DNA of 63,113 nt, the filler included, from Octopus bimaculoides (taxonomy: Eukaryota): assembly GCF_001194135.2 (NCBI RefSeq). It is 5 parts of 5 records of this genome, joined end to end, with 100 filler letters (N's around TTAATTAATTAA, not from the genome) between each part and the next. Parts side by side here need not be neighbours in the genome. Positions count along the whole stretch, not along the records: positions 43,866 to 52,354 come from NC_068981.1; positions 52,455 to 59,623 come from NC_068984.1; positions 59,724 to 63,113 come from NC_068986.1; 2 more parts are not named here. One strand, written 5' to 3'. The translations under genes and the position numbers were made by a program. The notes beneath the pieces were generated by a model. The model ran no database searches, had not been told where the DNA came from, and worked only from the letters and a program-made list of their open reading frames with translations. Shown piece by piece: positions 51,954-63,113 of the stretch (the stretch's first letter is position 1; each line of letters starts with the position of its first letter).

Positions 51954-52354
51954 ATATGTATCGGTTCATTAGTAATATATTTAACAGAAAAGGTGTTTCT
52001 CTGTATGTCCTGTTACGCATGCCCAGTGATACACATTAACCGGATATAGCGTTTTCCAGACCGGAGTACATGTCTATGCGCATGCCCGAAGACAAAAATT
52101 ACAGTCATCGCTATTTAAAATGTTTACTTCGCGTATCAATCTTACGATCATATAATTTTATTTGCTTTTGTGATGTAAGACATCTAGAAATATTTATTGC
52201 ATTGTGTTTACTTTATGTCGTATATTACGAATATGCCAAAAAAGAAATCACCTTTTCAGATTTCACCCCCACCACCAATTTAAAACTTTGATTTTGTTTA
52301 CTTTAAAGAGATCGTAGCGAATTGACGATCATATATAAATCGAAAGACAAACAT

Positions 52355-52454
52355 NNNNNNNNNNNNNNNNNNNNNNNNNNNNNNNNNNNNNNNNNNNNTT
52401 AATTAATTAANNNNNNNNNNNNNNNNNNNNNNNNNNNNNNNNNNNNNNNNNNNN
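52355..52454. other. Artificial scaffold-joining linker
   Basis: N44-TTAATTAATTAA-N44. Confidence 0.95.
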
Positions 52455-53271
52455 ATAAAATGTGTGTATATGCATATATACGTACATGTTAAAACTTACT
52501 TGCAAAGATAACGCGTGCGTTCGATCATGTAATAATACAAATAATATGTGGGTATATGCATATATACGTACATGTATGTACATACCTACATCTACATATA
52601 TATATAGATCCATATCTGGGTACTGGACGTTGCAAAAAAACGTGGACAAAATGATAAACAGAACATAAACAGAGCACAGAAAACACACAGGTCACATAGA
52701 GAACATTTCCTTCATCAGCTGCTACCATTCTAAAACTAAGCGTTTCGAAGAGTTAGGGTAGGATGCATTGTTAGAATGGCTCTTCCCACGGACCACAAAT
52801 TAAATTTGTAATGCCGAGGAATATAGTGGCGAACAAAACACGACAGGAAAACGAAACAGTGAAAATAAGTAAGAAGGGCTAGTAAGGCCAGACGTGAAAA
52901 AATATATATGTATACTGAACGCTGTGATGTGACGAACTGGAAGGAAGAGAGAAGAAGAAAGTTCGTGCTAGCTTGGCAGTGGCCAAGATAAGAAAGAAAG
53001 CAGTAGCCGGACACATGTGACCAGCGAGGGGTAAGGAGAAAGAGTGGTAGAGAGAGAAAAAAGGGGAGTAAGTAGAATAGGCACGTACAGGTAAGAAGAT
53101 ATATAGATATCTATTTCTATAGAAATATTAATAGACAGAAAAACAGGGAGAGAGAGAAATATAGAGAAAGAGAAGAAGAAAGAGTGAGAAGGAAAGAAAG
53201 ACAAAGAGAGGGATATTATAGACTATTGTGTGGAAACACACACACTCACACAGATATATACACATATACAT

Positions 53272-53405
53272 GTATTGGGCTACTCTCAGTTTGTCTACCA
53301 AATCCAATCACAAGGCTTTAGTTGGCCCGGAGCTATATAGTAGAAGACACATGTCCAAGGTACCACGCAGTAGGACTGCACCCGAACCATGTGAGTGGGA
53401 AGCAA
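53272..53405 (-). mobile_element. SINE B fragment
   Basis: ctaccaaatccaatcacaaggctt...ccaaggtaccacgcag...cccgaaccatgtg. Confidence 0.8.
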
Positions 53406-53427
53406 TATATTATATGTGTGTGTGTAT

Positions 53428-53492
<65 letters not shown>

Positions 53493-53871
53493 CAGACAGA
53501 TATGTATGTGTGTATGTATGTATGTGTGTATGTATGTATGTATGTATATGTGTGTGTGTATATGTATGACGTTCAGCAGTCAGCTTTGTAATGATTAACT
53601 CATAACATACAAGCATTCGCTAGTGAAACAGGAGTAAATATTATGTCTTAAAAGTATCTTACACACATACACATTAAATTTGTATATATGTGTGTGTGTG
53701 TGTTTGTGTGTATGTGTGTGTGTGTACTATATATATACACGAAATACTTGGTGGTGGTGTTGGTGGTGGTTTCATTCATAAATGTACTTTTGATGTTGGT
53801 GGTGATATTCGATATTGTGACACATGTGTGCGCGTGTATGCGGGAATGAATTCGTACATATGCGAAAGTAC

Positions 53872-54218
53872 CTAGGTGCAGGCATCGCTTTGCAAATATG
53901 TAATTTCGGATTCAGCCCCATTGTGCGGAACCTTGGTTTAGTGTCATCTCTATTGCCTCAGACCCATCAATGTCTTGGGTATGAATTTTGATAGACGAAA
54001 ACTATGTGGAAGCCTATCATATAGATATATGTGTGTGCGCGCATTTGTCTGTGCGTGTGGGTGTGCGCGCGCAAGTTAATTTCAATTTGCTTGTATTTGC
54101 TCACCGCCGCTTGATAACCAGTTTTGGTTTGTTTATTTCCCTGTAGTGTAGCCGTTCAGCAAAAGAAAAGTACCAGAGTTGAAAAATAAGTACTGGGGAA
54201 CGATTTGATTGACTAAAG
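53872..54218 (+). mobile_element. Old composite SINE B plus module C
   Basis: A degenerate B head and body, a (TG)n/(CG)n linker, then module C landmarks (cgcttgataacc...aagtactgggga.cgattt). Confidence 0.6.
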
Positions 54219-54244
54219 CAATGTCCTCAACTATTTTGCTGTCT

Positions 54245-54456
54245 CTGGACCCCTTTGATTCCAACTTTACTCGAATAGACCCCCGTAGCCATTCGATGTT
54301 TAAAAATCCTATTATACTTTATAATCAAATATTATTAGGAATTGTATAAAAAAATAATTGTTGAAATATTTTGTGTAGATAATTTTTAACGACAAAATTT
54401 TATATGGACTCGCCACCGCCAAGGGTCATATGGACCACTGTTAAGAACCCCTGGAC
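54245..54456. mobile_element. Probable hAT-like MITE fragment
   Basis: It ends ...tggaccactgttaagaacccctg, a typical hAT-MITE terminus, and has an AT-rich interior. The other end is missing. Confidence 0.4.
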
Positions 54457-54589
54457 TAAATCCGTCAAGGCGGTGCTCCAGCATGGCTGCAGTCCAATGG
54501 CTTAAGCAATTAAAAAGATAAAGAAAAAGATTTTTAAAAAGAGGTGTAGTGGGAGACAGCATAGAAGAACTGGAGGAAAGAAATAATAT

Positions 54590-54995
54590 AATGTTGTATT
54601 GTTGTCGTTGTTGGCACTCCGTCGCTTACGACGTCGAGGGTTCCAGTTGATCCGATCAACGGAACAGCCTGCTCGTGATATTAACGTGCAAGTGGCTGAG
54701 CACTCCACAGACACGTGTACTCTTAATGTAGTTCTCGGGGATATTCAGCGTGACACAGTGTGTGACAAGGCTGACCCTTTGAATTACAGGCACAACAGAA
54801 ACAAGAAGTAAGAATGAGAGAAAGTTGTGGTGAAAGAGTACAGCAGGGTTCACCGCCATACCCTGCCGGAGCCTCGTGGAGCTTTTAGGTGTTTTCACTC
54901 AATAAACCCTCACAACGCCCGGTCTGGGAATCGAAACTGCGATCCTATGACCGCGAGTCCACCGCCCCTAACCACCGGGCCATTGCGCCTCCACA
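54590..54995 (-). mobile_element. Full-length tRNA-derived SINE family D with an (ACA)n-like tail
   Basis: The minus-strand head ggaggcgcaatggcccggtggttagggcggtggactcgcggtcataggatcgcagtttcgattccc has A and B boxes. The tail is ...gtcgtaagcgacggagtgccaacaacgacaac. Confidence 0.88.
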
Positions 54996-55859
54996 ATGTT
55001 GTATACAACAGACTGAAAGAAATAGATTCCACGGAAATTTATAAGGATATACGTATGTATACGTGTGTGGTTTGGGATTTTGTGTGTATCATTGTGCATG
55101 TATATGAACGCGTGTATATACATGTATCAATGTATGTATATATGAGTATTAATGTATGTATGAATATTTCACCTTCATGTTGAAAATTTGCTCCGTGTGC
55201 ACAACTACGACACTTGTGACACAACATGTAGCATTAGAGAGCATGTTTTCTTCTTTTGATTATTATCAATACAGTGTTTATTATCTCACAAAGTATCGAA
55301 TGAAACAGCAAAGGCTTACAGAATAAAGACAGCCATTGAGAACCGAAACCTGATTGCAGACTTGACTTCTTCAGGAGCTTATCTCTGGCTGCACAGCACT
55401 GAACACAGAAAGAAGTCGATGATTGCAATAGTAATCAGCACTATACCAGACCTGACCTGATCTTGGTGGGTCTAACACAGCAATAACAATAACAAGATGC
55501 GAGAGAGCACCGGTAAGAAAAATGGCAACAGCGGCAACAAATTTTTACACCGTACATGCACAACAATAACAACAACGACAACAATAACAAAAACACCACA
55601 ATAGCATGTGCCTTCACAGTCAGTATCGACCAATAACAACGATTACAGCAACTATTACTGTTACTTCTACTACCATAGGAAACTAGACAATGAAAATGCC
55701 TGATAAGCTTTTTTGTTTTTTTTTAACATTGACAACAGATTAATACAAAATAACGAAAACAGTATAACGATAACAGCATCAACATCATCATCTTCATCAT
55801 CGTTATCATCATCATCATTGCGCTCATCTCAGAAAAATAACAATAATAATAAAAGTAAT

Positions 55860-56366
55860 TATTATTATTATTGTTCAGTAGTTTTATTTTTATAACGTGC
55901 TTTCACTTCACTACCGAGCGCAGCTCTGTGCGCCTTGGGTATGTGCTGTGGTTTGCTGTGGTGCTCTTATGGTTACTGTATTGAAAGTGTTTTGCGTACG
56001 ATGTGTGCAGTGCCCACTAGTGCAATTTTCTGTATGTTATATATATTTGTAAGTCCTGGTGTTTTTGTTATGTATTTGTCTGAATATTTTTTATTATACC
56101 TTAAGGCACCTACTATGATAGGAATTGTTTCTGTTTTTAGATTCCACATTCGAGTTACCTCTATTTCCAGGTCTTTGTATTTTGAAAGTTTCTCCATTTC
56201 TTTTAGAGAAACGTTGTCATCTGCTGGTATTGATACATCAATTAGAAAGCATTTTTTTTTCTTCATATCGTTGACAACTATATCTGGTCCATTTGCCTTA
56301 ATTTCTCTATCTGTGTACATTGGCATATCCCAGAGTATGGTTGCTTTCTCGTTTTCTGTGACCTTT

Positions 56367-56370
<4 letters not shown>
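55860..56370 (-). mobile_element. 5'-truncated R4/Dong-like LINE (different subfamily from the 48439 copy)
   Basis: ENEKATILWDMPMYTDREIKANGPDIVV...CFLIDVSIP...KLSKYKDLEIE...IQKIALVGTAHIVRKTLSIQ*, with (TAA)n on both sides. Confidence 0.92.
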
Positions 56371-56433
<63 letters not shown>

Positions 56434-56444
56434 CATTATCAGTA

Positions 56445-56815
56445 TTCAACATCTGATAGTTTCAGGCAGATTTCTACTGCATCACCTGCTACACCTCCGT
56501 GTTGCTGGGGTGTGTGCAGCATTATGTGTTATTTTTGTTGTTGGAGGAGTGGAAGTTCTTCCTCATATTGTACTGTTTTAGTTTGTTTTGTTATAGGGTT
56601 TGGTTACAGTCTTTTGTTATGATAGTGTTTGTCTTGTGTGTTGTTTGTGTAATGCGATTTGTGTTCTATTGAGTCTCCGGCCTGTAGAGTACATGTTGTG
56701 GCGGTTTATTTTATTGGATATTTACTCTGTAGAGTGCTTTTTGTGTTTGTAGATTGTTTTGTTTGAGTTGTATTATTGAATTGATTGTCTTTCGTAGGAT
56801 GTGGGCTGTTCCTAA
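56445..56815 (-). mobile_element. Another R4/Dong-like 3' end (last codons plus a long 3' UTR) upstream of the 55860-56370 copy
   Basis: The minus strand starts LGTAHILRKTINS. The UTR runs into the (TAA)n array at 56370-56440. Confidence 0.7.
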
Positions 56816-57109
56816 GGAAAAGAAAATATATCTATATATCTATAATATTTCGTGGGGTTGAAACCTGGAAAGGGATAGTAGGAAAGGGATAGTAGCAGAC
56901 ACCAATAATACCAAAAGGAAAGAAATACTTACGGGTTGGGGGAAGGAAGACTAAACTATCTGGGTTTTACGACTACATTTTTCCTGAGACACTAGTTGTC
57001 TAGGGGAAACGTGGAAGGTTCACGACAGTTACAAAGCCTTGTAGGGTCTTGCATAGGGGAAGTCTTATTAGATGCCTCCGGTTTTGTGTCTTCTTTTTTT
57101 CATTGGATG

Positions 57110-57270
57110 TTTTACTCTTCGCCAGACCATATGACAGTATAATCGTCGTGAAACTTGGATTTTCTACATCAAAAGTAATCCAGCCTTGGGTTGGATCCTG
57201 ATAGTGTTGATAGCCCAGTATTAGGGCTGAAGGCCTCTCTAGAAATTCCCCAACTTCATACCCAATTGAC
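57110..57270 (-). mobile_element. RTE-like APE endonuclease fragment
   Basis: A minus-strand frame reads KSKFHDDYTVIWSGEE, resembling the APE Y..WSG motif. Confidence 0.35.
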
Positions 57271-57316
57271 TTTAGCTATGTATGTGTATATATATACATA
57301 TATATATATATATATG

Positions 57317-57387
<71 letters not shown>

Positions 57388-57410
57388 TCTCCCTGTTTAT
57401 TCTTGTGTTC

Positions 57411-57446
57411 CTTTCTGTCGAAGAGCGTAGGCTCGAAACATAAAAG
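57411..57446 (+). ncRNA. Decayed minimal hammerhead-ribozyme-like motif
   Basis: CTTT-CTGTCGA-A-GAGC gtag GCTC-GAAA-C-ATA-AAAG. Stem I (CTTT/AAAG) and stem II are intact. The core has two deviations (A6>T, and ACAT instead of the palindromic ACGT). Confidence 0.5.
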
Positions 57447-57562
57447 ACTTTCTCACTTCCCGAGCGTTAAACTAATACATCTGTTTGTTGTTTACACATC
57501 TATCTTCGTCTTTTGTTGCTTTTTTTGTTTTTGTTTTTTTGGAAATTCTCACTATATATATA

Positions 57563-57731
57563 CAAACGACAGGTTTCATTCAATTTCTGTCTACCAAATA
57601 CATGCACAAGGCTTTTTTCATCGGCCCGGGGCTATAGTACAAAACACTTGCCTAAGGTGCCACGCAGTGAGATTGAACCCGCAACTATGTGGTTGGGAAG
57701 CAAATTACTTTCTGCACAGCCACATCCACGG
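57563..57731 (-). mobile_element. SINE B head and body, joined via (TA)n to the hammerhead-bearing module (57385-57545)
   Basis: ctaccaaatacatgcacaaggc...cctaaggtgccacgcag...ggttgggaagcaa. Confidence 0.8.
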
Positions 57732-58080
57732 CTAAAACAACATTTTAAAAATACACATGAAAAAATTCTCAAATAGTTTGTTTAGAGCATAGTGAAAAAG
57801 AAAGAGAGAAAGGGAGTAGCAGGAGAGGTTAATGGGAAGACAATCAATTTCTTGATGGACAAATAAAGATAAAATGAGCGAGAAAGAAAGAAAGAAAGAA
57901 AGAAAGAATGAGGTAATGAGTAAAAAAGTGATGCAGACAGAGAGAGAGGCAAGGAGAGGGAGATAGTTAGGGAGGAAGAGAGGGTGGTGTTAAAGAACGA
58001 TAATTTTAACATATTGTTATAACAGATTTGATGGCTAAAGACACATGATGCTTACGTTGGGTAGACAAACAGACAGACAA

Positions 58081-58141
<61 letters not shown>

Positions 58142-59260
58142 CTAACAGACAAACAGAAAATAGATAGACAGAAAGAGATGTAGAGGAATAGACGGATAGA
58201 TGTCATGTCAAGCTCACTCGGATCCCGATGACCAATCATCTTCATCATCTTTGCAGCGCAGCTTATTTCAAGCTCGGTGTCCTCAAGCAGCTGCTGCACT
58301 TAGGTTCGTCAAGCTGTGTCTCTGCTTTCATCATATACTGGTTCTCATGGTAATAGTTGACATACAACTTCATCCTTTCTTTGCCAACAACGTCACACAA
58401 AATTAAATCTGCGCTGCTTGATAGTCTCTGTTAATAATGATGTATGTTCATGCAATACACTGTTCGGTAAATGTTGCTCCTACGAAACGTTCTATGCTCA
58501 CATAAACGTTTTGCTCTATGTTCCGTTTAATGTACTTGCCTTTACTTTCATAAATATGCAGCATTCACATCAATGTGCTATAGCATCTCTAAAAGCGACA
58601 TCCAACATTTTAGGTTTATCACTTTAAGCCATGAGGATCGATTATAATTTATAATTTACTTCTTTTGATGACGAGGGAATACGCAGCAGTAACATACTGC
58701 AGTCGATTTAATTGATTGTTTTTAAAAGAATAAAGGATTAATGAATTTTTAGTGTTTTCAGTGGGGGTTAAAGGGAAACATTAGCGTTAGCTAATATTAT
58801 TGCTTGGCTACGCAAGAAAGAGACTCAAATTACCAGATAATTGCGTTTCCCAACGTTGCATCATGGTTTACTTTCTTAGTAATAGTCTGTACATTCGACT
58901 CTGAATGAGGCTGCATGAAGTCTTGTACTCATGATCAGCAGATTCCTGGACCGAGCGTTGCGTTGTTTTTTTTTTAGCAAAACATTCATTTCGCGTTTCT
59001 CTACGATCACTTCGACATATGGATGGACGGAGTGAGCTAACAGACAGCACAAATATTTGACTACAATAAACAAATCATCTGTTCTACGAGAAATTGTGGA
59101 ATCCTCATCTGTACCCTACGAGAGGAAAGTCCACGACTGAGTCTGTGCTGCAATGTCAGCAAGAAATATTTGCTGAAATTTTACTAATAAAAGCTTACAC
59201 CCAGAAAAGATTGGAGTTGGCACCCTTGGATACTCAGCTAAACGATAATCTTAATTAATA

Positions 59261-59426
59261 GGTGCAGGTAGGGTTGTGTGGTAAGAAGCTTGCTTCCCAA
59301 CCTCATGGTTCCGGGTTCATTCCTACTACATGGCACCTTGAGCAAGTGTCTTCTACTATAGTCTCGGGCCGACCAAAGCCTTGTGAGTGGATTCGGTAGA
59401 CGGAAACTGAAAAAAGCCTGTTGTGC
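59261..59426 (+). mobile_element. SINE B head and body
   Basis: ggtgcaggtagggttgtgtggtaagaagcttgcttcccaacc...ggcaccttgagcaagtgtcttctactatag...gacggaaactgaaa. Confidence 0.9.
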
Positions 59427-59449
59427 ATATATATATATATATATATATA

Positions 59450-59623
59450 TACTAGCTGGTGTACCCGGTAATTCTCGGGGGTAAAGATGTTCTATTGAGA
59501 CGCCTTATTACTCTGATATAAGAAAGCAATTTCGTTATAACTGCCACAAAAGTTGTATTTTCCGTCGCGAAAAGGTACAAAAAACTGTCAGTTGGAGGAG
59601 GGAAAGATTGATGGGGGTCGGCG
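59450..59623 (+). mobile_element. Possible Helitron-like element start, truncated at the scaffold end
   Basis: (TA)n-ACTAGCTG..ACCCGG..CTCGGG resembles the termini of small Helitron-like repeats. No other support. Confidence 0.25.
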
Positions 59624-59723
59624 NNNNNNNNNNNNNNNNNNNNNNNNNNNNNNNNNNNNNNNNNNNNTTAATTAATTAANNNNNNNNNNNNNNNNNNNNN
59701 NNNNNNNNNNNNNNNNNNNNNNN
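59624..59723. other. Artificial scaffold-joining linker
   Basis: N44-TTAATTAATTAA-N44. Confidence 0.95.
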
Positions 59724-59759
<36 letters not shown>

Positions 59760-60267
59760 CGTGTGTGTATACATATATTTTTTAACCGGTCATAACTGCG
59801 ATGCGGTTCACTCTGCGACGTTCAGTATCTTTGTCGCCCATTAGTTTTTTAGATCTTTAGTTTCATATTATGCGCCTCTCCCAGTGTCATCAATGTAGTG
59901 GACAGCTTTATCTATTAGAATGTGGAAGGTTCTAAATTATAACAACCTATTTGCTCAAGTGTATGACATGACTGTAGCCAGCCAGGAAAGCCTGCTCTGT
60001 GTTCAATAACAATGATGGAGTTGTATGTGTCTATAAATCTGGTCTTGGTCTTGTACTCACACCGTAAGATATTTTAAGCCCTCACGTGATGCATGTGTAT
60101 GAGCCATGAAAATGATCTTGATATGAGCTTGATATATATATACGTATTTATATGTATTTATGTACTCTAGTCAACAATTTTACAACGAATCGACATTACC
60201 CGTATATTTGCGAGCAATTGGTTAATTATCATTATACTTGATCTTGATTTAAACTAGTAACCTTATT

Positions 60268-60437
60268 TTATTTTCTACTATAGGCACAGGGCCTGACATT
60301 TTGGGGAGGAGGGGAGCTAGTTGAAAGACGAAAGGCAAATTCGACCTCGGCGGAATTTGAGCTCAGTACGTAAAGACAGACGAATTACCGCTAAGCATTT
60401 CGCCCGGCATGCTAACGTTTCCTCCAGCTCGCCGCCT
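60268..60437 (-). mobile_element. SINE A with an internal deletion
   Basis: ttttctactataggcacagggcctgac...ttcgacctcggcggaatttgagctcag...ccagctcgccgcc. Confidence 0.85.
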
Positions 60438-60529
60438 TAAAATGGTTACCTTAATTTAACACACTGCCACATCACACACAGCGCATGCGCGCACGCACAC
60501 ACGCACAACAACTGGTAGTGACTTCATTA

Positions 60530-60830
60530 TTGCAGATAATAATTTCAACAAACATGTTGGTCAGTACATTGATGACTTTTACGATGTATGTGGAGGCTAT
60601 GGTTACAGCATGATAAATGAGGCAGATTCAAGGTTTCTAGCGTTTTATGAAGGGTTATTGTGAATATCAAACCTTTTCCTAGCAAAGAATGCACTATGCA
60701 ATATAAGTTAGTGGCTAGTAACTTCTGTATTAGAGCTAGACGGACCCAGGAAAGGAAAACAACATGGACAAGAAAGATCTAGGATTTGGGAAAAGGTTCA
60801 GAGAAATACTGATGTACATGAATGTAGGAA
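60530..60830 (+). mobile_element. RTE-like LINE APE endonuclease remnant
   Basis: NFNKHVGQYIDDFYDVCGGYGYSMINEADSRFLAFY parallels the APE pattern GDFNGHVG...HGG.G.G..NE.G..LL.F. Confidence 0.7.
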
Positions 60831-62424
60831 AGTAGATTAAATACCTGTAGCCTGGACAACAACTGAGCTTTTTTTCAAAATAATCTGTTAAGGGGCTAGA
60901 GAACTGGCATGTGGTTGGAGCGAAATTTCAGCCAAGCCAAATGTAATGTGGCTGTGGAATTGTAAGGTTGATAGGGCAGTGAAGACTTAATCTTGATTTA
61001 AAATGGTAACCTTAATTTAACACATTGCCACATAACACAAAGCGTATGTGCACACTTAGACAAACGAACACGCGCGCACGCACACGCACACACATAATAT
61101 TAGATGAGTGTGCTTATTTCTGTACCTGTGTGGGCCTTCTGCACAGTTTACGTGTAATTACCAGGTCTGACATTGATCGATTCCTAGCTTAACATTGATC
61201 GATCCCTGGTCATGTTATATCACCCTTGCTCAATATGCCAGGCTAGTGAAATCGAACCTAGAATTATGTAGCTGTGATGTGAACTGCATAACAGCGACAT
61301 TATATAGTCATTATATATACAATAGGAAATCGATACATGTGTATATAGAAGTCCCCGTTAGTTTATTGATCACCTATAATGAAGTAGTTTAGTCCAACGT
61401 TAATGTTGTATATTAACTGCTCTCTATATGAGTATATGTGCATAATATATATATATATACATTTACATATATACATATACACATACATATACATGTATAT
61501 ATACATGTATTTGTGTATATGTATATATGAATATATATATATTTATATATATATATATATATATATATNNNNNNNNNNNNNNNNNNNNNNNNNNNNNNNN
61601 NNNNNNNNNNNNNNNNNNNNNNNNNNNNNNNNNNNNNNNNNNNNNNNNNNNNNNNNNNNNNNNNNNNNNNNNNNNNNNNNNNNNNNNNNNNNNNNNNNNN
61701 NNNNNNNNNNNNNNNNNNNNNNNNNNNNNNNNNNNNNNNNNNNNNNNNNNNNNNNNNNNNNNNNNNNNNNNNNNNNNNNNNNNNNNNNNNNNNNNNNNNN
61801 NNNNNNNNNNNNNNNNNNNNNNNNNNNNNNNNNNNNNNNNNNNNNNNNNNNNNNNNNNNNNNNNNNNNNNNNNNNNNNNNNNNNNNNNNNNNNNNNNNNN
61901 NNNNNNNNNNNNNNNNNNNNNNNNNNNNNNNNNNNNNNNNNNNNNNNNNNNNNNNNNNNNNNNNNNNNNNNNNNNNNNNNNNNNNNNNNNNNNNNNNNNN
62001 NNNNNNNNNNNNNNNNNNNNNNNNNNNNNNNNNNNNNNNNNNNNNNNNNNNNNNNNNNNNNNNNNNNNNNNNNNNNNNNNNNNNNNNNNNNNNNNNNNNN
62101 NNNNNNNNNNNNNNNNNNNNNNNNNNNNNNNNNNNNNNNNNNNNNNNNNNNNNNNNNNNNNNNNNNNNNNNNNNNNNNNNNNNNNNNNNNNNNNNNNNNN
62201 NNNNNNNNNNNNNNNNNNNNNNNNNNNNNNNNNNNNNNNNNNNNNNNNNNNNNNNNNNNNNNNNNNNNNNNNNNNNNNNNNNNNNNNNNNNNNNNNNNNN
62301 NNNNNNNNNNNNNNNNNNNNNNNNNNNNNNNNNNNNNNNNNNNNNNNNNNNNNNNNNNNNNNNNNNNNNNNNNNNNNNNNNNNNNNNNNNNNNNNNNNNN
62401 NNNNNNNNNNNNNNNNNNNNNNNN

Positions 62425-62472
<48 letters not shown>

Positions 62473-62480
62473 TGTATATA

Positions 62481-62935
62481 CAGGATGTTCAGGCTAAATT
62501 TTACAGATTTTGTTCAAGAAAAGGAAAACACAATATCTCAGCCAAAGATTAAACCTATTTTAAAATATCAAACATTAACTCGATTATGGTTGGGCGATAA
62601 TAGTTTACGCAGAGTAACCGCCCTTAGTTTCTACCAGGCCTCCAGACGGCTCTGGTACCAAACGCAAGCGTCTCTCACAATGTCCTTGGGGAGATCTCTG
62701 AACAACTCCTTGATCTTGGCCACCAGCTCGGCTTTGGTATTGCACGTAGAATGATTGGTGTCTTTCTCAACCACTGCCCCGCACACATACTTCAGGCTTT
62801 TCCTGGTATATGGCAGGGAGCTGAATCCTGCTCTCACACATGGTTTTCCAGCATCAATGCTCTAAAGCCGCAGATTTTATTCGGGAGATTTACATAGCCT
62901 TCTGAATTTAGGTCATGTTCAAAGATGTGACCGCA
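62481..62935 (-). mobile_element. Decayed maT/DD37D-like element: 3' end with TIR
   Basis: TA followed by CAGGATGTTCAGGCTAAATTT. Minus-strand frames give QDSAPCH and YVCGAVVEKDTNHSTCNTKAELVAKIKELFRDLPKDIVRDAC...RLEA. Confidence 0.8.
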
Positions 62936-63113
62936 GCAACATGTGTGTGTGTGTGTATGTGGATGTATGTCTGTCTGTGTGTGTGCGTGTGTGAGTGTGT
63001 GTGCAAATATGTATATATATATATATATATGTATGTATATATACACACATACATATATATATACATACATATGTATATACATACCTATGTATATATATAT
63101 ATATATATATACA

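Noticed and set aside
52705-52760. CTGATGA and GAAAC motifs on the minus strand (type II hammerhead order)
   Set aside because: Stems I and III cannot be formed convincingly.
54900-54995. tRNA-like sequence with A and B boxes (likewise the heads of SINE A and SINE B)
   Set aside because: It continues into a SINE body and tail and lacks a proper cloverleaf, so it is not a tRNA gene.

Overview
AT-rich eukaryotic DNA dense in microsatellites and gaps. The tRNA-derived SINE families and the (TA)n/(TATG)n/(TAGA)n/(TAA)n landscape suggest an octopod cephalopod such as Octopus bimaculoides (inference, not verified). Four artificial 100-bp linkers (N44-TTAATTAATTAA-N44) split the window into five joined segments: 1-19447, 19548-43765, 43866-52354, 52455-59623 and 59724-63113. 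Order and orientation between segments are therefore uncertain. The only host gene I can support is two in-frame + strand exons of a rhodopsin-like (class A) peptide-type GPCR: 25503-25626 (end of TM3 to TM4) and 28461-28681 (ECL2, TM5, start of ICL3). I did not find its other exons. The remaining identifiable sequence is transposon debris: R4/Dong-like REL LINE ends in (TAA)n arrays, mariner and maT-like Tc1/mariner remnants, RTE, Penelope-like and Tx1-like fragments, and three tRNA-SINE families. The best leads are two minimal Penelope-type hammerhead-ribozyme-like motifs (32720-32759 minus, 57411-57446 plus; each carries core lesions), a 53-nt pre-miRNA-like hairpin (13750-13802), a modular SINE with exchangeable 3' modules, a YY1/Pho motif cluster in the first 5 kb, and a candidate recursive splice site (18597-18604). 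None is proven, and I see no evidence for a novel multi-gene system. Most ORFs in the supplied track are translations of microsatellites or N-runs. Repeat boundaries were set by eye and are approximate.
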